From Eledone cirrhosa (Eukaryota), in NCBI GenBank assembly GCA_964016885.1, contig OZ024752.1:27466001-27530000 (forward strand): a stretch of DNA of 64,000 nt. Direction: 5' to 3'. This document shows, in pieces, positions 15,001 through 31,100 of this stretch (its first letter is position 1; each line of letters starts with the position of its first letter). Below the pieces are notes generated by a model that did no database searches, was not told the DNA's origin, and was given only the letters and a program-made list of their open reading frames with translations. Made by a program: the position numbers and the translations under genes.

Positions 15001-18000
15001 TTCGGCTATCAACACACAAACTGTGGAACTAGTACCAACTTCGGCTATCAACACACAATCTGTGGAACTAGTACCAACTTCGGCTATCAACACACCGACT
15101 GTGGAAATAGTACCAACTTCGGCTATCAACACACAATCTGTGGAACTAGTACAAACTTCGGCTATCAACACACAAACTGTGGAACTAGTACCAACTTCGG
15201 CTATCAACACACAATCTGTGGAACTAGTACCAACTTCGGCTATCAACACACAAACTGTGGAACTAGTACCAACTACGGCTATCAACACACAAACTGTGGA
15301 ACTAGTACCAACTTCGGCTATCAACACACAAACTGTGGAACTAGTACCAACTACGGCTATCAACACACAAACTGTGGAACTAGTACCAACTTCGGCTATC
15401 AACACACAAACTGTGGAACTAGTCCCAACTACGGCTATCAACACACAAACTGTGGAACTAGTTCCAAGTTCGGCTATCAACATACAAACTGTGGAACTAG
15501 TACCAACTACGGCTATCAACACACAAATTGTGGAACTAGTACCAACTTCGGCTATCAACACACAAACTGTGGAACTAGTACCAACTTCGGCTATCAACAC
15601 ACAATCTGTGGAACTAGTACAAACTTCGGCTATCAACACACAAACTGTGGAACTAGTACCAACTTCGGCTATCAACACACAAACTGTGGAACTAGTACCA
15701 ACTTCGGCTATCAACACACAATCTGTGGAACTAGTACCAACTTCCGCTATCAACACACAAACTGTGGAACTAGTACCAACTTCGGCTATCAACACACGAA
15801 CTGTGGACACTAGTGCCAACTTCGTCTATCAACACACAAACTGTGGAACTGGTACCAAATTCGGCTATCAACACACAAACTGTGGAACTAGTACAAACTT
15901 CGGCTGTCAACACACAAATTGTAGAACTAGTACCAACTTCGTGTATCAACACAGAAACTGTGGAACTAGTACCTACTTCGTCTATCAACACACAAACTGT
16001 GGAACTAGTACCAACTTCGTCTATCAACAAACAAACTGTGGAACTAGTACCAACTTCTTCTATCAACACACAAATTGTGGAACTAGTACCAACTTCGTGT
16101 ATCAACACAGAAACTGTGGAACTAGTACCAACTTCGTCTATCAACACACAAACTGTGGAACTAGTACCAACTTCGTCTATCAACACACAAACTGTGGAAC
16201 TAGTACCAACTTCGGCTATCAACACACAAACTGTGGAACTAGTACAGACTTCGTCTATCAACACACAAACTGTGGAACTAGTACCGACTTCGGCTATCAA
16301 CACACAATCTGTGGAACTAGTACCAACTTCTTCTATCAACACACAAACTGTGCAACTAGTATCAATTTCGGCTATCAACACACAAACTGTGGAACTAGTT
16401 CCAACTTCGGCTATCAACACACAAACTGTGGAACTAGTACCAACTTCGGCTATCAACACACAATCTGTGGAACTAGTACAAACTTCGGCTATCAACACAC
16501 AAACTGTGGAACTAGTACCAACTACGGCTATCAACACACAAACTGTGGAACTAGTACCAACTTCGGCTATCAACACACAAACTGTGCAACTAGTATCAAT
16601 TTCGGCTATCAACACACAAACTGTGGAACTAGTACCAACTTCGGCTATCAACACACAAACTGTGGAACTAGTACCAACTACGGCTATCAACACACAAACT
16701 GTGGAACTAGTACCAACTTCGGCTATCAACACACAAACTGTGGAACTAGTACCAACTACGGCTATCAACACACAAACTGTGGAACTAGTACCAACTTCGG
16801 CTATCAACACACAAACTGTGGAACTAGTACCAACTACGGCTATCAACACACAAACTGTGGAACTAGTTCCAAGTTCGGCTATCAACACACAAACTGTGGA
16901 ACTAGTAGCAACTTCGGCTATCAACACACAAATTGTGGAACTAGTACCAACTTCGGCTATCAACACACAAACTGTGGAACTAGTACCAACTTCGGCTATC
17001 AACACACAATCTGTGGAACTAGTACAAACTTCGGCTATCAACACACAAACTGTGGAACTAGTACCAACTTCGGCTATCGACACACAAACTGTGGAACTAG
17101 TACCAACTTCGGCTATCAACACACAATCTGTGGAACTAGTACCAACTTCCGCTATCAACACACAGACTGTGGAACTAGTACCAACTTCGGCTATCAACAC
17201 ACGAACTGTGTACCTAGTGCCAACTTCGTCTATCAACACACAAACTGTGGAACTAGTACCAAATTCGGCTATCAACACACAAACTGTGGAACTAGTACAA
17301 ACTTCGGCTGTCAACACACAAATTGTAGAACTAGTACCAACTTCGTGTATCAACACAGAAACTGTGGAACTAGTACCTACTTCGTCTATCAACACACAAA
17401 CTGTGGAACTAGTACCAACTTCGTCTATCAACAAACAAACTGTGGAACTAGTACCAACTTCTTCTATCAACACACAAATTGTGGAACTAGTACCAACTTC
17501 GTGTATCAACACAGAAACTGTGGAACTAGTACCAACGTCGTCTATCAACACACAAACTGTGGAACTAGTACCAACTTCGTCTATCAACACACAAACTGTG
17601 GAACTAGTACCAACTTCGGCTATCAACACACAAACTGTGGAACTAGTACAGACTTCGTCTATCAACACACAAACTGTGGAACTAGTACCAACTTCGGCTA
17701 TCAACACACAATCTGTGGAACTAGTACCAACTTCAAATATCAACACACAAACTGTGGAACTAGTACCAACTTCTTCTATCAACACACAAACTGTGGAACT
17801 AGTACCAACTTCTTCTATCAACACACAAACTGTGGAACTAGTACCAACTTCAACTATCAACACACAAACTGTGGAACTAGTACCAACTTCTTCTATCAAC
17901 ACACAAACTGTGCAACTAGTACCAACTTCGGCTATCAACACACAAACTGTGGAACTAGTACCAACTTCGTCTACCAACACACAAACTGTGCAACTAGTAC

Positions 18001-18060
18001 CAACTTCTTCTATCAACACACAAACTGTGCAACTAGTATCAACTTCGGCTATCAACACAC
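1..18060. repeat. HOR domain I: mosaic multi-kb duplications (offsets 4911, 5222, 3822, 3119 bp)
   Basis: Near-identical variant strings recur at ORF starts 1222/6133 and 1515/6426 (4911 bp). The TTAGGC variant ends ORFs at 2529, 7751, 11573 and 14692. An identical 298-aa translation starts at 6855, 10677 and 13796. The GGACACTAGTG insertion occurs at ~8865 and ~15806. Confidence 0.9.
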
Positions 18061-19110
18061 AAACTGTGGACTAGTACCAACTTCTTCTATCAACACACAA
18101 ACTGTGCAACTAGTACCAACTTCGGCTATCAACACACAAACTGTGGACCTAGTACCAGCTTCGGCTATCAACAGACAAATTGTAGAACTAGTACCAACTT
18201 CGTCTATCAACACACAAACTGTGGAACTAGTACCATCTACGGCTATCAACACACAATCTGTGGAACTAGTATCAACTTCGGCTATCAACACACAATCTGT
18301 GGAACTAGTAGCAACTTCGGCTATCAACACACAAACTGTGGAACTAGTACAAACTTCGGCTATCACACACAAACTGTGGAACTAGTACCAACTACGGCTA
18401 TCAACACACAAACTGTGGAACTAGTACCAACTTCGGCTATCAACACACAAACTGTGGAACTAGTACCAACTTCGTCTACCAACACACAAACTGTGCAACT
18501 AGTACCAACTTCTTCTATCAACACACAAACTGTGCAACTAGTATCAACTTCGGCTATCAACACACAAACTGTGGACTAGTACCAACTTCTTCTATCAACA
18601 CACAAACTGTGCAACTAGTACCAACTTCGTCTACCAACACACAAACTGTGCAACTAGTACCAACTTCTTCTATCAACACACAAACTGTGGAACTAGTACA
18701 AACTTCGGCTATCACACACAAACTGTGGAACTAGTACCAACTACGGCTATCAACACACAAACTGTGGAACTAGTACCAACTTCGGCTATCAACACACAAA
18801 CTGTGGAACTAATACCAACTTCGGCTTTCAACACACAAACTGTGGTACTAGTATCAACTTCGTCTATCAACACACAAACTGTGCAACTAGTACCAACTTC
18901 TTCTATCAACACACAAACTGTGCAACTAGTATCAACTTCGGCTATCAACACACAAACTGTGGACTAGTACCAACTTCGGCTATCAACACACAAACTGTGG
19001 AACTAGTACCAACTTCGTCTACCAACACACAAACTGTGCAACTAGTACCAACTTCTTCTATCAACACACAAAGTGTGGAACTAGTACAAACTTCGGCTAT
19101 CACACACAAA
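18060..19110. repeat. Junction zone of short (349-505 bp) duplications with six 38-bp monomers
   Basis: GGACTAGT (-1) at ~18068, 18573 and 18961 alternates with TATCACAC (-1) at ~18363, 18712 and 19100. Confidence 0.85.
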
Positions 19111-22100
19111 CTGTGGAACTAGTACCAACTACGGCTATCAACACACAAACTGTGGAACTAGTACCAACTTCGGCTATCAACACACAAACTGTGGAACTAA
19201 TACCAACTTCGGCTTTCAACACACAAACTGTGGTACTAGTATCAACTTCGTCTATCAACACACAAACTGTGGAACTAGTACAAACTTCGGCTGTCAACAC
19301 ACAAATTGTAGAACTAGTACCAACTTCGTGTATCAACACAGAAACTGTGGAACTAGTACCTACTTCGTCTATCAACACACAAACTGTGGAACTAGTACCA
19401 ACTTCGTCTATCAACAAACAAACTGTGGAACTAGTACCAACTTCTTCTATCAACACACAAATTGTGGAACTAGTACCAACTTCGTGTATCAACACAGAAA
19501 CTGTGGAACTAGTACCAACGTCGTCTATCAACACACAAACTGTGGAACTAGTACCAACTTCGTCTATCAACACACAAACTGTGGAACTAGTACCAACTTC
19601 GGCTATCAACACACAAACTGTGGAACTAGTACAGACTTCGTCTATCAACACACAAACTGTGGAACTAGTACCGACTTCGGCTATCAACACACAATCTGTG
19701 GAACTAGTACCAACTTCAAATATCAACACACAAACTGTGGAACTAGTACCAACTTCTTCTATCAACACACAAACTGTGGAACTAGTACCAACTTCTTCTA
19801 TCAACACACAAACTGTGGAACTAGTACCAACTTCAACTATCAACACACAAACTGTGGAACTAGTACCAACTTCTTCTATCAACACACAAACTGTGCAACT
19901 AGTACCAACTTCGGCTATCAACACACAAACTGTGGAACTAGTACCAACTTCGTCTACCAACACACAAACTGTGCAACTAGTACCAACTTCTTCTATCAAC
20001 ACACAAACTGTGCAACTAGTATCAACTTCGGCTATCAACACACAAACTGTGGAACTAGTACCAACTTCTTCTATCAACACACAAACTGTGCAACTAGTAC
20101 CAACTTCGGCTATCAACACACAAACTGTGGACCTAGTACCAACTTCGTCTATCAACACACAAACTGTGGAACTAGTACCAGCTTCGGCTATCAACAGACA
20201 AATTGTAGAACTAGTACCAACTTCGTCTATCAACACACAAACTGTGGAACTAGTACCAACTACGGCTATCAACACACAATCTGTGGAACTAGTATCAACT
20301 TCGGCTATCAACACACAATCTGTGGAACTAGTAGCAACTTCGGCTATCAACACACAAACTGTGGAACTAGTACAAACTTCGGCTATCACACACAAACTGT
20401 GGAACTAGTACCAACTACGGCTATCAACACACAAACTGTGGAACTAGTACCAACTTCGGCTATCAACACACAAACTGTGGAACTAGTACCAACTACGGCT
20501 ATCAACACACAAACTGTGGAACTAGTACCAACTTCGGCTATCAACACACAATCTGTGGAACTAGTACCAACTTCGGCTATCAACACACAATCTGTGGAAC
20601 TAGTACCAACTTCGGCTATCAACACACAAACTGTGGAACTAGTACCAACTTCGGCTATCAACACACAAACTGTGGAACTAGTACCAACTGCGGCTATCAA
20701 CACACAATCTGTGGAACTAATACCAACTTCGGCTTTCAACACACAAACTGTGGTACTAGTATCAACTTCGTCTATCAACACACAAACTGTGGAACTAGTA
20801 CCAACTGCGGCTATCAACACACAAACTGTGGAACTAGTACCAACTGCGGCTATCAACACAATCTGTGGAACTAGTACCAACTTCGGCTATCAACACACAA
20901 ACTGTGGAACTAGTACCAGCTTCGGCTATCAACAGACAAATTGTAGAACTAGTACCAACTTCGTCTATCAACACACAAACTGTGGAACTAGTACCAACTA
21001 CGGCTATCAACACACAATCTGTGGAACTAGTATCAACTTCGGCTATCAACACACAATCTGTGGAACTAGTAGCAACTTCGGCTATCAACACACAAACTAT
21101 GGAACTAGTACAAACTTCGGCTATCACAAACAAACTGTGGAACTAGTACCAACTACGGCTATCAACACACAAACTGTGGAACTAGTACCAACTTCGGCTA
21201 TCAACACACAAACTGTGGAACTAGTACCAACTACGGCTATCAACACACAAACTGTGGAACTAGTACCAACTTCGGCTATCAACACACAATCTGTGGAACT
21301 AGTACCAACTTCGGCTATCAACACACAATCTGTGGAACTAGTACCAACTTCGGCTATCAACACACAAACTGTGGAACTAGTACCAACTTCGGCTATCAAC
21401 ACACAAACTGTGGAACTAGTACCAACTGCGGCTATCAACACACAATCTGTGGAACTAATACCAACTTCGGCTTTCAACACACAAACTGTGGTACTAGTAT
21501 CAACTTCGTCTATCAACACACAAACTGTGGAACTAGTACCAACTGCGGCTATCAACACACAAACTGTGGAACTAGTACCAACTGCGGCTATCAACACAAT
21601 CTGTGGAACTAGTACCAACTTCGGCTATCAACACACAAACTGTGGAACTAGTACCAACTTCGGCTATCAACACACAAACTGCGGAACTAGTACCAACTTC
21701 GGCTATCAACACACAAACTGTGGAACTAGTACCAACTTAGGCTATCAACACACAAACTGTGGAACTAGTACCAACTACGGCTATCAACACACAAACTGTG
21801 GAACTAGTTCCAACTTCGGCTATCAACACACAAACTGTGGAACTAGTACCAACTACGGCTATTAACACACAAACTGTGGAACTAGTACCAACTTCGGCTA
21901 TCAACACACAAACTGTGGAACTAGTACCAACTACGGCTATCAACACACAAACTGTGGAACTAGTTCCAACTTCGGCTATCAACACACAAACAGTGGAACT
22001 AGTACAAACTTCGGCTATCAACACACAAGCTGTGGAACTAGTACCAACTTCGGCTATCAACACACAATCTGTGGAACTAGTACCAACTTCGGCTATCAAC

Positions 22101-25100
22101 ACACAAACTGTGGAACTAGTACCAACTACGGCTATCAACACACAAACTGTGGAACTAGTACCAACTTCGGCTATCAACACACAAACTGTGGAACTAGTAC
22201 CAACTACGGCTATCAACACACAAACTGTGGAACTAGTACCAACTTCGGCTATCAACACACAAACTGTGGAACTAGTACCAACTACGGCTATCAACACACA
22301 AACTGTGGAACTAGTAGCAACTTCGGCTATCAACACACAAATTGTGGAACTAGTACCAACTTCGGCTATCAACACACAAACTGTGGAACTAGTACCAACT
22401 TCGGCTATCAACACACAATCTGTGGAACTAGTACAAACTTCGGCTATCAACACACAAACTGTGGAACTAGTACCAACTTCGGCTATCAACACACAATCTG
22501 TGGAACTAGTACCAACTTCCGCTATCAACACACAAACTGTGGAACTAGTACCAACTACGGCTATCAACACACAAACTGTGGAACTAGTTCCAACTTCGGC
22601 TATCAACACACAAACTGTGGAACTAGTACAAACTTCGGCTATCAACACACAATCTGTGGAAATAGTACCAACTGCGGCTATCAACACACAAACTGTGGAA
22701 CTAGTACCAACTTCGGCTATCAACACACAAACTGTGGAACTAGTACCAACTTCGGCTATCAACACACAAACTGTGGAACTAGTACCAACTTCGGCTATCA
22801 ACACACAATCTGTGGAACTAGTACCAACTTCGGCTATCAACACACAAACTGTGGAACTAGTACCAACTTCGGCTATCAACACACAAACTGTGGAACTAGT
22901 ACCAACTTCGTCTATCAACACACAAACTGTGGAACTAGTACCAACTTCGGCTATCAACACACCAACTGTCGAACTAGTACCAACTACGGCTATCAACACA
23001 CCAACTGTGGAACTAGTACCAACTACGGCTATCAACACACCAACTGTGGAACTAGTACCAACTTCGTCAATCAACACACAAACTGTGGAACTAGTACCAA
23101 CTTTGTCTATCAACACACCAACTGTGGAACTAGTACCAACTACGGCTATCAACACACCAACTGTGGAACTAGTACCAACTACGGCTATCAACACACCAAC
23201 TGTGGAACTAGTACCAACTTCGGCTATCAACACACCAACTGTGGAACTAGTACCAACTTCGTCTATCAACACACCAACTGTGGAACTAGTACCAACTTCG
23301 TCTATCAACACACAAACTGTGGAACTAGTACCAACTACGGCTATCACCACACCAACTGTGGAACTAGTACCAACTTCGTATATCAACACACAATCTGTGG
23401 AACTAGTACCAACTACGGCTATCAACACACCAACTGTGGAACTAGTACCAACTTCGGCTATCAACACACAATCTGTGGAACTAGTACCAACTTCGTCTAT
23501 CAAAACACAAACTGTTGAACTAGTACCAACTTCGTCTATCAACACGCAAACTGTTGAACTAGTTCCAACTTCGGCTATCAACACACAAACTGTGCAACTA
23601 GTACCAACTTCGGCTATCAACACACAAACTGTGGAACTAGTACCAACTTCGTCTACCAACACACAAACTGTGCAACTAGTACCAACTTCTTCTATCAACA
23701 CACAAACTGTGCAACTAGTATCAACTTCGGCTATCAACACACAAACTGTGGAACTAGTACCAACTTCTTCTATCAACACACAAACTGTGCAACTAGTACC
23801 AACTTCGGCTATCAACACACAAACTGTGGACCTAGTACCAACTTCGTCTATCAACACACAAACTGTGGAACTAGTACCAGCTTCGGCTATCAACAGACAA
23901 ATTGTAGAACTAGTACCAACTTCGTCTATCAACACACAAACTGTGGAACTAGTACCAACTACGGCTATCAACACACAATCTGTGGAACTAGTATCAACTT
24001 CGGCTATCAACACACAATCTGTGGAACTAGTAGCAACTTCGGCTATCAACACACAAACTGTGGAACTAGTACAAACTTCGGCTATCACACACAAACTGTG
24101 GAACTAGTACCAACTACGGCTATCAACACACAAACTGTGGAACTAGTACCAACTTCGGCTATCAACACACAAACTGTGGAACTAGTACCAACTACGGCTA
24201 TCAACACACAAACTGTGGAACTAGTACCAACTTCGGCTATCAACACACAATCTGTGGAACTAGTACCAACTTCGGCTATCAACACACAATCTGTGGAACT
24301 AGTACCAACTTCGGCTATCAACACACAAACTGTGGAACTAGTACCAACTTCGGCTATCAACACACAAACTGTGGAACTAGTACCAACTGCGGCTATCAAC
24401 ACACAATCTGTGGAACTAATACCAACTTCGGCTTTCAACACACAAACTGTGGTACTAGTATCAACTTCGTCTATCAACACACAAACTGTGGAACTAGTAC
24501 CAACTGCGGCTATCAACACACAAACTGTGGAACTAGTACCAACTGCGGCTATCAACACAATCTGTGGAACTAGTACCAACTTCGGCTATCAACACACAAA
24601 CTGTGGAACTAGTACCAGCTTCGGCTATCAACAGACAAATTGTAGAACTAGTACCAACTTCGTCTATCAACACACAAACTGTGGAACTAGTACCAACTAC
24701 GGCTATCAACACACAATCTGTGGAACTAGTATCAACTTCGGCTATCAACACACAATCTGTGGAACTAGTAGCAACTTCGGCTATCAACACACAAACTGTG
24801 GAACTAGTACAAACTTCGGCTATCACACACAAACTGTGGAACTAGTACCAACTACGGCTATCAACACACAAACTGTGGAACTAGTACCAACTTCGGCTAT
24901 CAACACACAAACTGTGGAACTAGTACCAACTACGGCTATCAACACACAAACTGTGGAACTAGTACCAACTTCGGCTATCAACACACAATCTGTGGAACTA
25001 GTACCAACTTCGGCTATCAACACACAATCTGTGGAACTAGTACCAACTTCGGCTATCAACACACAAACTGTGGAACTAGTACCAACTTCGGCTATCAACA

Positions 25101-28100
25101 CACAAACTGTGGAACTAGTACCAACTGCGGCTATCAACACACAATCTGTGGAACTAATACCAACTTCGGCTTTCAACACACAAACTGTGGTACTAGTATC
25201 AACTTCGTCTATCAACACACAAACTGTGGAACTAGTACCAACTGCGGCTATCAACACACAAACTGTGGAACTAGTACCAACTGCGGCTATCAACACAATC
25301 TGTGGAACTAGTACCAACTTCGGCTATCAACACACAAACTGTGGAACTAGTACCAACTTCGGCTATCAACACACAAACTGCGGAACTAGTACCAACTTCG
25401 GCTATCAACACACAAACTGTGGAACTAGTACCAACTTAGGCTATCAACACACAAACTGTGGAACTAGTACCAACTACGGCTATCAACACACAAACTGTGG
25501 AACTAGTTCCAACTTCGGCTATCAACACACAAACTGTGGAACTAGTACCAACTACGGCTATCAACACACAAACTGTGGAACTAGTACCAACTTCGGCTAT
25601 CAACACACAAACTGTGGAACTAGTACCAACTACGGCTATCAACACACAAACTGTGGAACTAGTTCCAACTTCGGCTATCAACACACAAACAGTGGAACTA
25701 GTACCAACTTCGGCTATCAACACACAATCTGTGGAACTAGTACAAACTTAGGCTATCAACACACAAGCTGTGGAACTAGTACCAACTTCGGCTATCAACA
25801 CACAATCTGTGGAACTAGTACCAACTTCGGCTATCAACACACAAACTGTGGAACTAGTACCAACTACGGCTATCAACACACAAACTGTGGAACTAGTACC
25901 AACTTCGGCTATCAACACACAAACTGTGGAACTAGTACCAACTACGGCTATCAACACACAAATTGTGGAACTAGTACCAACTTCGGCTATCAACACACAA
26001 ACTGTGGAACTAGTACCAACTTCGGCTATCAACACACAATCTGTGGAACTAGTACAAACTTCGGCTATCAACACACAAACTGTGGAACTAGTACCAACTT
26101 CGGCTATCAACACACAATCTGTGGAACTAGTACCAACTTCCGCTATCAACACACAAACTGTGGAACTAGTACCAACTACGGCTATCAACACACAAACTGT
26201 GGAACTAGTTCCAACTTCGGCTATCAACACACAAACTGTGGAACTAGTACAAACTTCGGCTATCAACACACAATCTGTGGAAATAGTACCAACTGCGGCT
26301 ATCAACACACAAACTGTGGAACTAGTACCAACTTCGGCTATCAACACACAAACTGTGGAACTAGTACCAACTTCGGCTATCAACACACAAACTGTGGAAC
26401 TAGTACCAACTTCGGCTATCAACACACAATCTGTGGAACTAGTACCAACTTCGGCTATCAACACACAAACTGTGGAACTAGTACCAACTTCGGCTATCAA
26501 CACACAAACTGTGGAACTAGTACCAACTTCGGCTATCAACACACAAACTGTGGAACTAGTACCAACTTCGGCTATCAACACACCAACTGTCGAACTAGTA
26601 CCAACTACGGCTATCAACACACCAACTGTGGAACTAGTACCAACTACGGCTATCAACACACCAACTGTGGAACTAGTACCAACTTCGTCAATCAACACAC
26701 AAACTGTGGAACTAGTACCAACTTTGTCTATCAACACACCAACTGTGGAACTAGTACCAACTACGGCTATCAACACACCAACTGTGGAACTAGTACCAAC
26801 TACGGCTATCAACACACCAACTGTGGAACTAGTACCAACTTCGGCTATCAACACACCAACTGTGGAACTAGTACCAACTTCGTCTATCAACACACCAACT
26901 GTGGAACTAGTACCAACTTCGTCTATCAACACACAAACTGTGGAACTAGTACCAACTACGGCTATCACCACACCAACTGTGGAACTAGTACCAACTTCGT
27001 ATATCAACACACAATCTGTGGAACTAGTACCAACTACGGCTATCAACACACCAACTGTGGAACTAGTACCAACTTCGGCTATCAACACACAATCTGTCGA
27101 ACTAGTACCAACTTCGTCTATCAAAACACAAACTGTTGAACTAGTACCAACTTCGTCTATCAACACGCAAACTGTTGAACTAGTTCCAACTTCGGCTATC
27201 AACACACAAACTGTGCAACTAGTACCAACTTCGGCTATCAACACACAAACTGTGGAACTAGTACCAACTTCGTCTACCAACACACAAACTGTGCAACTAG
27301 TACCAACTTCTTCTATCAACACACAAACTGTGCAACTAGTATCAACTTCGGCTATCAACACACAAACTGTGGAACTAGTACCAACTTCTTCTATCAACAC
27401 ACAAACTGTGCAACTAGTACCAACTTCGGCTATCAACACACAAACTGTGGACCTAGTACCAACTTCGTCTATCAACACACAAACTGTGGAACTAGTACCA
27501 GCTTCGGCTATCAACAGACAAATTGTAGAACTAGTACCAATTTCGTCTATCAACACACAAACTGTGGAACTAGTACCAACTACGGCTATCAACACACAAT
27601 CTGTGGAACTAGTATCAACTTCGGCTATCAACACACAATCTGTGGAACTAGTAGCAACTTCGGCTATCAACACACAAACTGTGGAACTAGTACAAACTTC
27701 GGCTATCACACACAAACTGTGGAACTAGTACCAACTACGGCTATCAACACACAAACTGTGGAACTAGTACCAACTTCGGCTATCAACACACAAACTGTGG
27801 AACTAGTACCAACTACGGCTATCAACACACAAACTGTGGAACTAGTACCAGCTTCGGCTATCAACACACAATCTGTGGAACTAGTACCAACTTCGGCTAT
27901 CAACACACAATCTGTGGAACTAGTACCAACTTCGGCTATCAACACACAAACTGTGGAACTAGTACCAACTTCGGCTATCAACACACAAACTGTGGAACTA
28001 GTACCAACTGCGGCTATCAACACACAATCTGTGGAACTAATACCAACTTCGGCTTTCAACACACAAACTGTGGTACTAGTACCAACTTCGTCTATCAACA

Positions 28101-31100
28101 CACAAACTGTGGAACTAGTACCAACTGCGGCTATCAACACACAAACTGTGGAACTAGTACCAACTGCGGCTATCAACACAATCTGTGGAACTAGTACCAA
28201 CTTCGGCTATCAACACACAAACTGTGGAACTAGTACCAACTTCGGCTATCAACACACAAACTGCGGAACTAGTACCAACTTCGGCTATCAACACACAAAC
28301 TGTGGAACTAGTACCAACTTAGGCTATCAACACACAAACTGTGGAACTAGTACCAACTACGGCTATCAACACACAAACTGTGGAACTAGTTCCAACTTCG
28401 GCTATCAACACACAAACTGTGGAACTAGTACCAACTACGGCTATCAACACACAAACTGTGGAACTAGTACCAACTTCGGCTATCAACACACAAACTGTGG
28501 AACTAGTACCAACTACGGCTATCAACACACAAACTGTGGAACTAGTTCCAAGTTCGGCTATCAACACACAAACTGTGGAACTAGTAGCAACTTCGGCTAT
28601 CAACACACAAATTGTGGAACTAGTACCAACTTCGGCTATCAACACACAAACTGTGGAACTAGTACCAACTTCGGCTATCAACACACAATCTGTGGAACTA
28701 GTACAAACTTCGGCTATCAACACACAAACTGTGGAACTAGTACCAACTTCGGCTATCAACACACAATCTGTGGAACTAGTACCAACTTCCGCTATCAACA
28801 CACAAACTGTGGAACTAGTACCAACTACGGCTATCAACACACAAACTGTGGAACTAGTTCCAACTTCGGCTATCAACACACAAACTGTGGAACTAGTACA
28901 AACTTCGGCTATCAACACACAATCTGTGGAAATAGTACCAACTGCGGCTATCAACACACAAACTGTGGAACTAGTACCAACTTCGGCTATCAACACACAA
29001 ACTGTGGAACTAGTACCAACTTCGTCTATCAACACACAAACTGTGGAACTAGTACCAACTTCGGCTATCAACACACAATCTGTGGAACTAGTACCAACTA
29101 CGGCTATCAACACACCAACTGTGGAACTAGTACCAACTACGGCTATCAACACACCAACTGTGGAACTAGTACCAACTTCGGCTATCAACACACCAACTGT
29201 GGAACTAGTACCAACTTCGTCTATCAACACACCAACTGTGGAACTAGTACCAACTTCGTCTATCAACACACAAACTGTGGAACTAGTACCAACTACGGCT
29301 ATCACCACACCAACTGTGGAACTAGTACCAACTTCGTATATCAACACACAATCTGTGGAACTAGTACCAACTACGGCTATCAACACACCAACTGTGGAAC
29401 TAGTACCAACTTCGGCTATCAACACACAATCTGTCGAACTAGTACCAACTTCGTCTATCAAAACACAAACTGTTGAACTAGTACCAACTTCGTCTATCAA
29501 CACGCAAACTGTTGAACTAGTTCCAACTTCGGCTATCAACACACAAACTGTGCAACTAGTACCAACTTCGGCTATCAACACACAAACTGTGGAACTAGTA
29601 CCAACTTCGTCTACCAACACACAAACTGTGCAACTAGTACCAACTTCTTCTATCAACACACAAACTGTGCAACTAGTATCAACTTCGGCTATCAACACAC
29701 AAACTGTGGAACTAGTACCAACTTCTTCTATCAACACACAAACTGTGCAACTAGTACCAACTTCGGCTATCAACACACAAACTGTGGACCTAGTACCAAC
29801 TTCGTCTATCAACACACAAACTGTGGAACTAGTACCAGCTTCGGCTATCAACAGACAAATTGTAGAACTAGTACCAATTTCGTCTATCAACACACAAACT
29901 GTGGAACTAGTACCAACTACGGCTATCAACACACAATCTGTGGAACTAGTATCAACTTCGGCTATCAACACACAATCTGTGGAACTAGTAGCAACTTCGG
30001 CTATCAACACACAAACTGTGGAACTAGTACAAACTTCGGCTATCACACACAAACTGTGGAACTAGTACCAACTACGGCTATCAACACACAAACTGTGGAA
30101 CTAGTACCAACTTCGGCTATCAACACACAAACTGTGGAACTAGTACCAACTACGGCTATCAACACACAAACTGTGGAACTAGTACCAGCTTCGGCTATCA
30201 ACACACAATCTGTGGAACTAGTACCAACTTCGGCTATCAACACACAATCTGTGGAACTAGTACCAACTTCGGCTATCAACACACAAACTGTGGAACTAGT
30301 ACCAACTTCGGCTATCAACACACAAACTGTGGAACTAGTACCAACTGCGGCTATCAACACACAATCTGTGGAACTAATACCAACTTCGGCTTTCAACACA
30401 CAAACTGTGGTACTAGTACCAACTTCGTCTATCAACACACAAACTGTGGAACTAGTACCAACTGCGGCTATCAACACACAAACTGTGGAACTAGTACCAA
30501 CTGCGGCTATCAACACAATCTGTGGAACTAGTACCAACTTCGGCTATCAACACACAAACTGTGGAACTAGTACCAACTTCGGCTATCAACACACAAACTG
30601 CGGAACTAGTACCAACTTCGGCTATCAACACACAAACTGTGGAACTAGTACCAACTTAGGCTATCAACACACAAACTGTGGAACTAGTACCAACTACGGC
30701 TATCAACACACAAACTGTGGAACTAGTTCCAACTTCGGCTATCAACACACAAACTGTGGAACTAGTACCAACTACGGCTATCAACACACAAACTGTGGAA
30801 CTAGTACCAACTTCGGCTATCAACACACAAACTGTGGAACTAGTACCAACTACGGCTATCAACACACAAACTGTGGAACTAGTTCCAAGTTCGGCTATCA
30901 ACACACAAACTGTGGAACTAGTAGCAACTTCGGCTATCAACACACAAATTGTGGAACTAGTACCAACTTCGGCTATCAACACACAAACTGTGGAACTAGT
31001 ACCAACTTCGGCTATCAACACACAATCTGTGGAACTAGTACAAACTTCGGCTATCAACACACAAACTGTGGAACTAGTACCAACTTCGGCTATCAACACA

